Origin: a virus
Lineage: Duplodnaviria; Caudoviricetes
DNA length: 64,000 nucleotides
Virus record (IMG/VR): IMGVR_UViG_3300005529_000008
Location: 1,739-65,738 of that record
Direction: 5' to 3' (one strand)
The position numbers were made by a program, and so were the translations under genes. Below are positions 1-9,487 of this stretch, in pieces. Position 1 is the stretch's first letter. Each line of letters begins with the position of its first letter. Below the pieces are notes generated by a model. That model was not told the DNA's origin and ran no database searches. It saw only the letters and a program-made list of their open reading frames with translations.

Positions 1-21
1 CGTCGCAAGTCGCGCAATCTC

Positions 22-51
22 TTGACAAATCGCCCGTGCCACCTCTACAAT
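22..51 (+). promoter_or_regulatory. sigma70-type promoter
   Basis: TTGACA (22-27), 18-nt spacer, TACAAT (46-51); AGGAG RBS and TTG start at 92 downstream. Confidence 0.6.
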
Positions 52-91
52 AAAATCTGCCCAATTTCAACCTCAAAAAGGAGAACAAACT

Positions 92-646
92 TTGAAGAAA
101 CTTTTAGCTTTTTTCTTTCTGACACTTACCGCCGCATTGACTTTCGCACAGACTGTACCGGCCTCCCGCGAACCCAACGATGCCACGAAGGTTGCGATTG
201 CTGAGACATACTCGGCATCGGTCAACGGCGGCGTAGGTTCTGCGACCGTTACATCAATTGTGGTGCCCTTCCACCCCCGTTGGGCCGTGGAAGCCAACGC
301 CTTCCTACTCCCCGGCGCGGACTCGAAAATCATCACCCTCGGACCGCGTTACGCCAGGAACCTTGGCAACTTCGTAAAACGCGGCAAGCTATTTTTCGAC
401 CCAAATAATCTCGACATATTCTTCCACATTGGGCTGGGCGGGAAGCAACAGCAGCTTCCAGCGGGTTTCAACGCGTCCGCCTTTTCAGCATATGGCGAGG
501 CGGGGGTTGTGTATCATAAAGGCCCAATCGATATTGTCCCGCTCAAAGTCGGCTTTCTGCGCACCAGCTTCGGCCACAACGGCACGAACGCCTTTCTCTC
601 GCCCAACGTGTCCGAGATTGGCGCCGCAGTGGGATTTCACTTCTGA
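92..646 (+). CDS. small outer-membrane beta-barrel-like protein with Sec signal peptide
   Basis: MKKLLAFFFLTLTAALTFA|Q signal peptide; alternating amphipathic strands; C-terminal AAVGFHF ending in Phe (BAM beta-signal-like). Confidence 0.7.
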   Translation: MKKLLAFFFLTLTAALTFAQTVPASREPNDATKVAIAETYSASVNGGVGSATVTSIVVPFHPRWAVEANAFLLPGADSKIITLGPRYARNLGNFVKRGKLFFDPNNLDIFFHIGLGGKQQQLPAGFNASAFSAYGEAGVVYHKGPIDIVPLKVGFLRTSFGHNGTNAFLSPNVSEIGAAVGFHF

Positions 647-694
647 TACCTCCCCACTAACTCCCACCTTCCCTCCCGCCACAACCTACGCAAT

Positions 695-721
695 AAAAAC
701 GGGGTAGTCTGAGCTACCCCG
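695..721. terminator. intrinsic terminator between convergent genes
   Basis: CGGGGTAG-tctgag-CTACCCCG hairpin preceded by AAAAA (U-tract on the minus strand). Confidence 0.7.
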
Positions 722-761
722 CACCTCCCGGTAAAACGTCTCCGTTAGTACCGAAAGACAC

Positions 762-1526
762 CTAATTTACGTGGAACCGTTCCAACAGCTTCTCAAACAC
801 CTCACACGATCGGCGTTCGAGTTGTGCCAGGTCGCCATCGTTCACGATATCGAACGTCGCCACATGTCCCGCGAGTTCCGTTTCACTCACATGCTGCGAG
901 ATGGTCGGGTCGGCAGCAGGGACGGGCCGAATGACTTTTATCGTGGCGTGGCAGATGTCGGTTTCGTTGAGGAATCGCACATCAGGTACCAAAACGACCT
1001 GCGCACCGAGCCTATCGACCTCTTCAAGAAGCCTATCCGTCCAATAGCGCGGATCTTCACTGCGACGAAATTCTGTCCCGTGAAGTTGAAGAAAGTGGCG
1101 TAGCTCGTTTTTATTCTCGTTTATCCACGCAATCTTATCGGGCGTGGGGATATTTTGGTGGTGATCTGGGATAGTGATGGGATTGAATATCGGAAAACCG
1201 TGCGTACCTCGGTTGATATGAAAGCAATACGTGCGAAGCCAATCATACACCTCACACTTCAACGCATCCGCCAGCGCGACCCGTTTGATACGCAGCGTCG
1301 GAGTGAAGTTGTCGAGAATATATTGCGCCGCGCAGTCTTTACCGGCCCGTGCTGACCCCACCACCTTCCCGGACGGGTCGCGCAGTTCCCCGACAATTCC
1401 CACGATGAGGGTACCGTTACGTGTCGCCACGTCTTCCTGGCGCATGGCGCGTTTTATGGTATCGTAGGTTGATGCGCCTAGCGGAAATGTGCCGGTTTCT
1501 GTTCCCTTACTAAATCGCAATTCCAT
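762..1526 (-). CDS. deoxynucleoside monophosphate kinase (phage dNMP kinase family)
   Basis: IVGI.G...ARAGKD P-loop (with an insertion), ALADALK, LQLHGTEFRR..W, VPDVRFLNE, HVSET motifs. Confidence 0.85.
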   Translation of the reverse strand: MELRFSKGTETGTFPLGASTYDTIKRAMRQEDVATRNGTLIVGIVGELRDPSGKVVGSARAGKDCAAQYILDNFTPTLRIKRVALADALKCEVYDWLRTYCFHINRGTHGFPIFNPITIPDHHQNIPTPDKIAWINENKNELRHFLQLHGTEFRRSEDPRYWTDRLLEEVDRLGAQVVLVPDVRFLNETDICHATIKVIRPVPAADPTISQHVSETELAGHVATFDIVNDGDLAQLERRSCEVFEKLLERFHVN

Positions 1527-1941
1527 TCTTCCTCTCCTTCTTTCGCTCGTCTTTCAAGTTTTGCGCCGCGCCGGTTTCAAAAGCGCGTAAGTTGCGCAAC
1601 AACACCGGCGTCTCTAACTTCACTAAATCCACAATATGCTGCGCCGACAATCCCACTAACCCCGCAACCTCATACAAATCGGGATCGGGGCGGTAAAGGT
1701 AGTCTTGCGCCGCCTTTTTTACCAACTCCCTCGCGCCCAAATCTTCCACGTCCTCCATAGCCTCCCCCTCCGCTTCCGCCGCGCATTGCAACAGCACATT
1801 CAACCACAACCTTCTACACGCCCACGCCGACGCAACCTCATGCTGGCAACGGTCGGTCCACTGGCGCGTGGTGCCCAACATACCCGCCTCTGCCTCGGTG
1901 CGGAATGAGCAAATTTCTCCCTGACCTTCAACGAGATCCAT
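1510..1941 (-). CDS. hypothetical protein
   Basis: ORF in operon; start chosen at MDLVEG behind a GAGGAAGG RBS. Confidence 0.6.
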   Translation of the reverse strand: MDLVEGQGEICSFRTEAEAGMLGTTRQWTDRCQHEVASAWACRRLWLNVLLQCAAEAEGEAMEDVEDLGARELVKKAAQDYLYRPDPDLYEVAGLVGLSAQHIVDLVKLETPVLLRNLRAFETGAAQNLKDERKKERKNGIAI

Positions 1942-1943
1942 TT

Positions 1944-2822
1944 TTATATCCCTTCCTCGTCCACGAGCTGCCACCCACTCATAAGTTGCACTCGCCCATC
2001 TGATCGCTGCCATTTAAATTTTACTGAACGCACCTTACTACTTTCTCGCAGTTTATTAATCTGCTTATGAGCTGCTTCAATACCCACCCCGTTCTCCCGC
2101 GCATATTCAGATGCGGTGAAAGAGCGGGGGGGACGGTCGGTGAGAGGTGCAGTGATAATACTTGCCGCAGCTTGTGCGGGGGATTTTAACACGGCCAGCA
2201 ATGCGGGATCGGGCGCGGGAACGTTACCGAATAACTTATGAGGCTGTACCGCCCTAACTCGCTCCCCCGTTAACTCTTCATACCGTGCCAGGAAACGGTG
2301 CTCGGCTTCGTCGGGGGGCCACAGGCGCGATTGATCGATAGTCAGATTAAGTAATCTCTCGCCCTTTCTCAACTCTCGCCCGAAGAGAATTTTCTGTTCG
2401 GTGCGGAACATAGCATTGTCAATTTCGTGAATGATCGGCGGGAAAGGGTATAGTAAATCAAACTTCTTACTCACGCACTTTTGTAGATTCTCTCCAAACT
2501 TTACATACGCTTTCAAACGTCGATCGTGCTTTACGGGCCGCGCTAAGTCTGGCAAACCAAGCGCCTCATCGGCATCGTGGAAGAGAAATGTGAGCCGAAG
2601 ACGGTTGTCCTGAAAACATATGGCAACAACTGCGGGATCGATAAAATACGACCCCACCACGCAATGCTGGGCGACCGTAAGGCGAGAATATCCCACGTAA
2701 CGGTACTGACCCGCGAGCGAATATGCAATATCGCGCACGTCGATATCTTGCGGGCGGGGGTCGAGCGGCCAGAACTTCCCGTACCGAGTTCGAATATACG
2801 TTGTGCTATCACCGTGCGCCAT
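1944..2822 (-). CDS. HD-domain phosphohydrolase (YfdR/5'-deoxynucleotidase-like) with C-terminal HTH-like extension
   Basis: PLDPRPQDIDVRDIA.SL...R..G, TVAQHC, LFHDADEA, DL.RPVK motifs; AAGGAG RBS before MAHGD. Confidence 0.8.
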   Translation of the reverse strand: MAHGDSTTYIRTRYGKFWPLDPRPQDIDVRDIAYSLAGQYRYVGYSRLTVAQHCVVGSYFIDPAVVAICFQDNRLRLTFLFHDADEALGLPDLARPVKHDRRLKAYVKFGENLQKCVSKKFDLLYPFPPIIHEIDNAMFRTEQKILFGRELRKGERLLNLTIDQSRLWPPDEAEHRFLARYEELTGERVRAVQPHKLFGNVPAPDPALLAVLKSPAQAAASIITAPLTDRPPRSFTASEYARENGVGIEAAHKQINKLRESSKVRSVKFKWQRSDGRVQLMSGWQLVDEEGI

Positions 2823-2951
2823 TACGCCACTCCTTAAATTCGACAAATCTCAGCTCAGCCCGCCGTGAGAGGGGCCACCACACGTAGTATTTCATAAAAC
2901 GCGGTGTATCAAGTTGCCACCAGGTTTCTAAGTCAAGCTGGGCGGGGAGGT

Positions 2952-4058
2952 TCATTTTCGTCTCGCGTCCGTCTCGTCCTGTTCAATCTTAAACCGCCAC
3001 GGCACGTATCCAAATGCGCCCCATCTTGGATGTACGAGGTAGGATATTTGTGCTGGTTTCGCGTGCCGACCCGCCGAATGGTCATACTCATCCGTTCCCG
3101 AAAGCGACCCGTTGATAAAGCAATTTTCACTAACCCAATTCGGCACGTGGAAATGTCCGATATTAATGTAATCGAATTCCTTACCTCCTCCGCCCATACG
3201 CCGAGTAGCTTCGCGCCCCCGGTCGCGTTCAATTCCATAGAAAGGTATTCCGAGAACACATTTTATTGTATCGCCGTGATGGACGAGAAAACGATGTCCG
3301 CCAACTTCGATAAGGGGCTTCATATCCTCATGCGCGATCATCTTGAAGTTCGAGTGATTACTGAGATAGGCCTCTATTAATGCGTGAACAAGGTACGACA
3401 TGTTATTCGCGGCTTTCTGCTTTGCCTGTGGCTTCTTTTGTAACCGCCCGTGATTATCAGCTCCCACACCATGAAATGTAATGCGCCGGAAATGCGGGGC
3501 CAGCCTCTTAATCGACTCCGCAATGAGATAACCGGCTCGTGCAACTTGTACAGGCGAAGGACAGTCGTTAGTTACTAAAAGTTCCTGATGAATATCGCCG
3601 GAAATGTAGTCACCGATGCCAAAAATTGTGAGATCGGGAATGTTATAAGCGTGACGTTGGGTGGCGGCGAAGTCGATTAGGTTCTCGGTATAGCTTGCCA
3701 TCCGCTTTTGTTCAATCTCCCAATTGAACGCGCCAAAACCGCCTGTCTCAGCGGGCCGATTTAATACACCAGTGTGAATGTCGGAGAGGTTCGCCACGAA
3801 TGCGATTTCAGATTTCGATTTATCTTTAGTCCGGTATGGTATGGTCGGTGCGTGTTCCAACGCCTTCACCGCTTGGCAAATTTCCTTCGCTAGCTCGATT
3901 AAACCGCCGCGCGATTTCTGGTACTTACGAATCGTACTATCGCGCTCGGCAACCTGCGCACGAAGGTGTTCGATCGTCGCCTGTAAGTCCTGTTCTTTTT
4001 GCTTTTCGCTGGTTTCTTTTACAGCTAACTGTGCGTCACGAGCGGCAGAGTTTGGCAT
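2952..4058 (-). CDS. calcineurin-like metallophosphoesterase with N-terminal coiled coil
   Basis: SDIH.G, GDYISGDIH, DNHGR, HHGD, GHFH, NGSL.G motifs; TTGACA/TACAAT promoter at about 4066-4094 on the minus strand. Confidence 0.85.
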   Translation of the reverse strand: MPNSAARDAQLAVKETSEKQKEQDLQATIEHLRAQVAERDSTIRKYQKSRGGLIELAKEICQAVKALEHAPTIPYRTKDKSKSEIAFVANLSDIHTGVLNRPAETGGFGAFNWEIEQKRMASYTENLIDFAATQRHAYNIPDLTIFGIGDYISGDIHQELLVTNDCPSPVQVARAGYLIAESIKRLAPHFRRITFHGVGADNHGRLQKKPQAKQKAANNMSYLVHALIEAYLSNHSNFKMIAHEDMKPLIEVGGHRFLVHHGDTIKCVLGIPFYGIERDRGREATRRMGGGGKEFDYINIGHFHVPNWVSENCFINGSLSGTDEYDHSAGRHAKPAQISYLVHPRWGAFGYVPWRFKIEQDETDARRK

Positions 4059-4090
4059 GTGAGGATTGTAAAGGAAAGGAGCGGTGCGTG

Positions 4091-4618
4091 TCAAGTGTTT
4101 TCAACAATATTTGTCAAATTGACAAGCGGCGCGGAGTCGGGCGAAGGTTGTACAATCTCCTCGGACTTTTTACGCGGTTTCCGCGCCTTCTTCCCACTCT
4201 CTCGCGGGTGGATCATTAAAATACTAGGCTGCGGTTCCCACCAACTCACTGCCGTTTTAAATTTCCCTGGTTTCCCGTCCTCTTTCCAGATGGTCATAAT
4301 TCCGAAGATATGCTCGCCAAATTTAAACGCGTCTTCCCAATCCTGCGGGGAGGGGGAAGGGTCGTACATGTTGCAGTGCGTGTGTAGTGAGCCAAGTAAT
4401 ATCTCCCCCTGTCCCGCACGATTCACAGTGTCAGCACGGTCGAACCTAAGTGCGTCCTCCGACGCTTCCTGCGGCATCTTACCGAGCGCTGACACAATCA
4501 CCGTCCCACCCTCAATCCGGCCCCAGAGCGTTTCCATGTACTCAACGGGAAACTTGCACACCGCTTCGTCCCGAAAAGCTTTAAGCATCGGACGAGGGAG
4601 GATGATACGCGTTATCAC
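4091..4618 (-). CDS. JAB/MPN (JAMM) metalloprotease-domain protein
   Basis: P.E....LWG and GSLHTH......SPSPQD match the E...HxH-x7-SxxD JAMM motif; GTG start overlaps the upstream stop. Confidence 0.8.
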   Translation of the reverse strand: MITRIILPRPMLKAFRDEAVCKFPVEYMETLWGRIEGGTVIVSALGKMPQEASEDALRFDRADTVNRAGQGEILLGSLHTHCNMYDPSPSPQDWEDAFKFGEHIFGIMTIWKEDGKPGKFKTAVSWWEPQPSILMIHPRESGKKARKPRKKSEEIVQPSPDSAPLVNLTNIVENT

Positions 4619-4986
4619 GGTTTTACTCCCAACGCCGCGCACCGTATGCGCCACAGCTCGTTAACTTGGCAACAATGCCCCGGTTGTCCGAACATATCAC
4701 TTAGTCCCGTCGTTTTCTTCAACACTTCCAGTAAGTCAGGTCGGCTCGCGATATACCTGTCCCATAATCGCGAATATATCTCCGCGCACGCTTTCTGATT
4801 CACCGCTTTGCGACCCTTAGCCTGTCGCCAGTGCAGCCCCGGACCGTATGGCGGGTCTGCGAATATCTTCGCTCCCTGATACCACTCTTCGATACTACGA
4901 CAATTCACAATTGCTTGAAACGCGGAAAAACGCGCATCCCCAGCGGAGGAGCATTCGAGGAAGGGCGGGGTGCCGTGTTGGATCAT
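4615..4986 (-). CDS. NADAR-like protein (resembles the DarT1-associated NADAR antitoxin family)
   Basis: LECSS.GD.RFSAF, SIEE.YQ.AKIF, GP, LSDMF, CQ motifs recognised from memory of the family. Confidence 0.6.
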   Translation of the reverse strand: MIQHGTPPFLECSSAGDARFSAFQAIVNCRSIEEWYQGAKIFADPPYGPGLHWRQAKGRKAVNQKACAEIYSRLWDRYIASRPDLLEVLKKTTGLSDMFGQPGHCCQVNELWRIRCAALGVKP

Positions 4987-5252
4987 TGCGCCGCTCCCAC
5001 CGCCGCATATTCCTCCAAACCGAAGAAGCGTTCGAGTTGCGCCACATCGCGCCAGGACTCACAACGGGTGAATTTACGCCCGTGTATTTTAATTTCGGCC
5101 TGTCCGCCGTTCCCATGCACCCACACGTACCAAATTTCGCCCGCTATTTGACCGACCCGAACCCACGTACAGCCTGTTTCGCGAGTAAAGCCGTGTTCGT
5201 GGAGCCACGCCAGAGTCGTAGGTGCGGTTTTTGGATACGACTTACTCACCAT
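4983..5252 (-). CDS. hypothetical protein
   Basis: ORF with GGGAGG RBS, translationally coupled to its neighbour. Confidence 0.6.
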   Translation of the reverse strand: MVSKSYPKTAPTTLAWLHEHGFTRETGCTWVRVGQIAGEIWYVWVHGNGGQAEIKIHGRKFTRCESWRDVAQLERFFGLEEYAAVGAAQ

Positions 5253-5330
5253 TCCCTCCCCTACCGGGCCAACAAACCACGATCAATAAAATCACCGCTC
5301 CCGCCACAATCAATGTCGCCGCCGTTCCCA

Positions 5331-5654
5331 TCATTTCTCCGCCCCTTTATCCACCACTACCGTATCGCGTAGTACTTGACATTCGGGCGTATTGCGCACC
5401 GCCAAGTGAACCTTCTCGCACGTCCACCCACCACCACGAGCCGGTTTGCATACGCCGGAGAAGTTATCCACGATCAGACACCGCGACGGGATTGGTAAAG
5501 GAACGAGCTTGGCGCGTTTAGGAGAGGCCGCTGCACAACCGGAGAAAGTTAATAGTGCGAAGAGTAAAAGCGCGGTTAAAATAAACGCCAAAACTAACCA
5601 CGCAACCACATCAAATAACGTTACCGGCTCCCACCGTCTTGGAAAAATGCTCAT
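5331..5654 (-). CDS. putative membrane/lipoprotein
   Basis: hydrophobic stretch ending in FSG|C (lipobox-like); four further Cys. Confidence 0.55.
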   Translation of the reverse strand: MSIFPRRWEPVTLFDVVAWLVLAFILTALLLFALLTFSGCAAASPKRAKLVPLPIPSRCLIVDNFSGVCKPARGGGWTCEKVHLAVRNTPECQVLRDTVVVDKGAEK

Positions 5655-6038
5655 GGAAATCTCCTCTCGCGCTCTCTCACATTCCGCTCATCTCGAAACC
5701 TCTCCACAATATCGGGCCGGTCGCACATGATTATCGCACGCTCATCCCCGCACTCTGGGCACCCTTTTGTGCGCTTGGCCGATTTAAACTGGCCACAATT
5801 CGGACAGTAAACTTCACACATCTTGTGCCTCTCGTGCATGGCGCGGGTATTTTGGCTACGTGACATCGGGCCGATGATGTTATCGGGGTCCACGTTCAAA
5901 CCGTTCCCGTCCTTGTGCTTCGCAGTTTCGTCCGCGCGTAGTTTACGGCCCAGCTTCGCTTCGAGTATAAATCATGTACGTAACGACCGGCTTGCGGTCC
6001 GGTGCGGATACGTAGATACTTTCTGCCGGGTTGGGCAT
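5651..6038 (-). pseudogene. HNH endonuclease with C-terminal Zn ribbon, broken by two 1-nt deletions (or assembly errors)
   Basis: joining frames at about 6027 and 5970 gives MPNPGRKYLRIRTGPQAGRYVHD.ILEAKLGRKLRADETAKHKDGNGLNVDPDN...SQN, then CPNC...CPEC. Confidence 0.7.
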
Positions 6039-6042
6039 AGCT

Positions 6043-6207
6043 TTAATCCGTTGACGCCAGAAGTTCTACGCTCTCAACTCGTACATGTGCCGGCTCGCCT
6101 TTCTTCGCTTTACGAATAGCGACCTCGCAAGTTGACGCCGCTACTTTTTTACACGACCAATTCGAACCCCATTTCTTGCTTTCGAAATTTACTTTATATA
6201 TTCGCAT
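6043..6207 (-). CDS. small hypothetical protein (54 aa)
   Basis: MRIYKVNFESKKW...LLASTD with GAGGT RBS; below the ORF-track cutoff. Confidence 0.5.
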   Translation of the reverse strand: MRIYKVNFESKKWGSNWSCKKVAASTCEVAIRKAKKGEPAHVRVESVELLASTD

Positions 6208-6421
6208 CTCTACCTCACCGGAAGTACAACCATCGGATTTAGAAAAAGGCCTAACGTTTAGTTGTTCTGCCCACGAAACACCACGATAAGACCATCCGCA
6301 TCGAATTTATATCCCATCTTCGCGGCGGACACGGTAAATTCTTTATCATGAAAAGCTACCCGATAATTCTTCATCTTCTCTCCTCCAACACAATGAAATT
6401 CTACACAAAACGCGGGGGAAG

Positions 6422-9400
6422 TCAAGCCCCTTTTACCTCGATCATATCGCGCCAGTTTGAGGGTGTACCGTCTTCGGGGAGGCTGTATTTGAAATCCGTG
6501 GGAATGACAAAACCGGGCATTTCAGGTGTCTCAACTTCCATCGCCTCTCTCGTCCACACTCTTGCTTGTTCCCACGGCACATCATTACGAACTTCGCACA
6601 AAATCGAATCATGAACTTGTAATATGGGACGCATTGGACGGCCCTTGCGAAACGCGCGCAACAAATTTATGAGGGCGAGCTTTGTGAAATGCGCTACGGG
6701 ATTCGAGCCGAACATCGCTGCGCAGGTTTTCATACGCCCCTCCGCATCCCCGAGAGCTTGGAGGAAATAACCGTGAGGTGTAACTATTGCGCGTTCCCTC
6801 TCCATACGAGCGCATATTTCTTGTTGAAACTTACGCGCACCCGGATACGCCCCAAACAACTTTCCAAGAATCTGCAACGCCTTTGCTCGATTTACCCACG
6901 ACTTGTCACCAAACGCCCTCTGCGCTAAATTTGCCCCGGTGAAAGTCACAACTTTCCCCTCAAACATCCAATTCGGCCATACCTCTCTCGCGCCCGCCGC
7001 AATCTCTTTCCGTATTCTATCCTGGCGCAACTCGCTTGGGTATTTAAGCTGTAACCCCTCCAAGTACATACTGTTGCCTGTGACATGAATTGTGTCTTTA
7101 TATCGCACCAAAAAAAAGCCTGCTGGTACGGTGAAGCAGTAAACTTTACCCTCATAAAATTCCCGTTCACATTTCATAGTTTCTATCGAAGAATACTTAC
7201 GCCGATTGAAACTTAACCTCCAACTTCTTTTTATTGATGGGTATCCCGCTTTGAAATGTGATGTTTCGCGCATGAGAGATTGCTTACCGCTTAAATGCGC
7301 TACCGTTTGCACCCAAACAAGCGAAACATAGTCTGTATTGAAATAGGAATAGTTAACCACTTTCTTTCCAATCGAGCCGTACCAAAACAATATCTCCTCA
7401 AGAAAAATTTCACGCTGCCGTTGTGAAAGCAAAAGAACATTTGCGTTGAATTGTTTTTTCTCGTTTAATAGTGGATATTTTACATCCATCTTAACGCCCA
7501 ATCTCATTCCTGTGGGATGGCACCCGCAAGGTACACCGGGCAAAGAGAATAGTTTTCTCAACCTTTCCTTTTTTCTTTCTTTTACAACATGAAAACAGAC
7601 GCCTCCAGCTTTTCTCATCGTGGCGTCCGCTTGAACAGCAACGCACCGCCGAATACTGTCGTCCGAGATATCCCAATCATCTCCTACAAGGATACCAGCA
7701 ATTGCAATGCGACCTGCGTTGGTTAATTCCGCAAAAGTTTTTCTTTGTGTTTTTGAATATTTGATCTTGTTCCACGTTCCGCTTATATTAACAGGCCACG
7801 CATGATTGTCGGTGGCGAGCGCTTGCAAGCCAGTAGAATCAAGGCGCGCAAGAAACCCTTTAAAATCGTATTCGTGAAATTTTTGAGTTTTGACAAATGA
7901 GATACTACTATTTGACATATCCCACTGCGCCAACACCGTGCTGTCATCACAGGTATCAATTTTCTTCCAACCCTGCGGTGTAAGAATTTCATGATCACCC
8001 GTTAGACAGCCATGTGAGGCCGACTTCGCCGCTTGCCTTATCTTTCCTCCGCCCGTCTTCTTCACAAATTCCATATCCGAAGTAAGACCCATAAACTCCG
8101 CCGTCTGTGTATGACCGTCCACATCAAGCGGAATGGTGTGACCGGACTGATGAAGGAAGGTTCTATTCTCAGCATTGTTCTCATCTGCCTCTACGAGATA
8201 GAAACCGGGTGAAGCGATAATGGCGCGACGTACCAGCTTGCCTAAAGATATACCGCTAAACTTTTCGCACCCACATTGCGAACACTTCTTTTGCTCTACA
8301 TGTTGTTCTATCTTATGTCCGCAGTCACAATTGTGTCTATCTGCGCGGCGAGTACTAACATTTTGAAGGTTTGGTGAAACGCAATTGCACCGATTTGTAC
8401 TAGTAAAAAATCCCAACCTCGGGTGAATCTTCCCATCCGAATCCATATACCCCGTCCAATTTCCGCTCTTATCTTTCCCTATCGGCGCGAACCACCTATC
8501 GGTTCCGTTTCCCAGCTCTTTGTAATCTAGACACAAATGAAGCTCATCATCTTCATACTCCTTACACACATCTCGAATCGTACTTTCCTGCCAATCTTTC
8601 AGCACGATACCCTTGTTCTTGAAATATACAAGAGCGGCTTTGTTTGATTTCGGATTGAAAGACAGGGTCTGTTCAATAAGAGCTTTTTGGCGCTCAAACT
8701 CCACTTGCAAGCCGTCTTTCTCATCGAATAGGTACTTGCGGTCGGCTTGAACACCAAAACGCGTCATCTCAGCCATCCCGTAAGCCAGCTCGCGGTGCAT
8801 ATCGTATAACTTATCTACCCGGCGCAACCTAGCCTGGCGCACCACATTCGGCAACGCTAAAACCGGCCCCACGCTATCCACTCCGTTATACCCCTGGAAA
8901 TTATGCGTCCAACACGGGCGCTTTCCATTGCAACCGTTTTCCTCCCCAATACATTCCTTCCAGTTTGCGAGAGATGTGTAGAGAGAGATAAAGGTCCATA
9001 GATTCATATAACCCTTACCACGTTTTATCCCATCCCCATCCTCAGTCTTCGAGATGGTTTTATTGAGATGAGAATTTGTGAGTGTATGCCAGATAATCGT
9101 ATCCTGTACATTACGAATATCAATCTCTATCCCGATTTGCTTGAAGGCGAAAACATCGGCGCTCGTGAAGGCGTGGCCCACATAAAGCACGTTCGGAACG
9201 CGCCGTACAAGCTGTTCAAAATATGAAAGACCTTCATCAAAAGGCACACTTACTGTTAGTGCGCCGTCCGATACTCCGAGTATGGTCGGAACTTCCTTAT
9301 ACCGCTCGGGTTCGTTGTATTCTAAATCACAACCCAGAATAGGTTGGTTTACTTGGAGTATGGTCTGTGCGGCTTTTTGGAAAGGTTCAGACGCGAGGCC

Positions 9401-9487
9401 GAAGAGGTTGAGTATATCGGCGGCGTTGTAAGATATCGCCGGCCAATTTCGCTGCGCAGTGTATCGCACCTTATCGCGCCGCCCCAT
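6422..9487 (-). CDS. polA: family A DNA polymerase with 3'-5' exonuclease and an intein
   Basis: Exo I CDLEY; SPNLQN; motif A ADENNAENR; motif B RQAAKSASHG/SMY; motif C LQVHDS. Confidence 0.92.
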   Translation of the reverse strand: MGRRDKVRYTAQRNWPAISYNAADILNLFGLASEPFQKAAQTILQVNQPILGCDLEYNEPERYKEVPTILGVSDGALTVSVPFDEGLSYFEQLVRRVPNVLYVGHAFTSADVFAFKQIGIEIDIRNVQDTIIWHTLTNSHLNKTISKTEDGDGIKRGKGYMNLWTFISLYTSLANWKECIGEENGCNGKRPCWTHNFQGYNGVDSVGPVLALPNVVRQARLRRVDKLYDMHRELAYGMAEMTRFGVQADRKYLFDEKDGLQVEFERQKALIEQTLSFNPKSNKAALVYFKNKGIVLKDWQESTIRDVCKEYEDDELHLCLDYKELGNGTDRWFAPIGKDKSGNWTGYMDSDGKIHPRLGFFTSTNRCNCVSPNLQNVSTRRADRHNCDCGHKIEQHVEQKKCSQCGCEKFSGISLGKLVRRAIIASPGFYLVEADENNAENRTFLHQSGHTIPLDVDGHTQTAEFMGLTSDMEFVKKTGGGKIRQAAKSASHGCLTGDHEILTPQGWKKIDTCDDSTVLAQWDMSNSSISFVKTQKFHEYDFKGFLARLDSTGLQALATDNHAWPVNISGTWNKIKYSKTQRKTFAELTNAGRIAIAGILVGDDWDISDDSIRRCVAVQADATMRKAGGVCFHVVKERKKERLRKLFSLPGVPCGCHPTGMRLGVKMDVKYPLLNEKKQFNANVLLLSQRQREIFLEEILFWYGSIGKKVVNYSYFNTDYVSLVWVQTVAHLSGKQSLMRETSHFKAGYPSIKRSWRLSFNRRKYSSIETMKCEREFYEGKVYCFTVPAGFFLVRYKDTIHVTGNSMYLEGLQLKYPSELRQDRIRKEIAAGAREVWPNWMFEGKVVTFTGANLAQRAFGDKSWVNRAKALQILGKLFGAYPGARKFQQEICARMERERAIVTPHGYFLQALGDAEGRMKTCAAMFGSNPVAHFTKLALINLLRAFRKGRPMRPILQVHDSILCEVRNDVPWEQARVWTREAMEVETPEMPGFVIPTDFKYSLPEDGTPSNWRDMIEVKGA
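7073..8008 (-). mobile_element. intein (312 aa) with probable LAGLIDADG homing-endonuclease region
   Basis: N-terminal CLTGDHEILTPQGW, block B ATDNH, C-terminal VYCFTVP.GFFLVR...TGN|S; AT-richer than its flanks; inserted in PolA motif B. Confidence 0.9.

Noticed and set aside
1944-2822. DatZ / Z-genome system
   Set aside because: HD and MazG-like genes are present, but no PurZ (adenylosuccinate-synthetase-like) gene; the HD protein looks YfdR-like
7073-8008. AT-rich insert in polA as a group I intron
   Set aside because: It is in frame with canonical intein splice residues, so it is an intein
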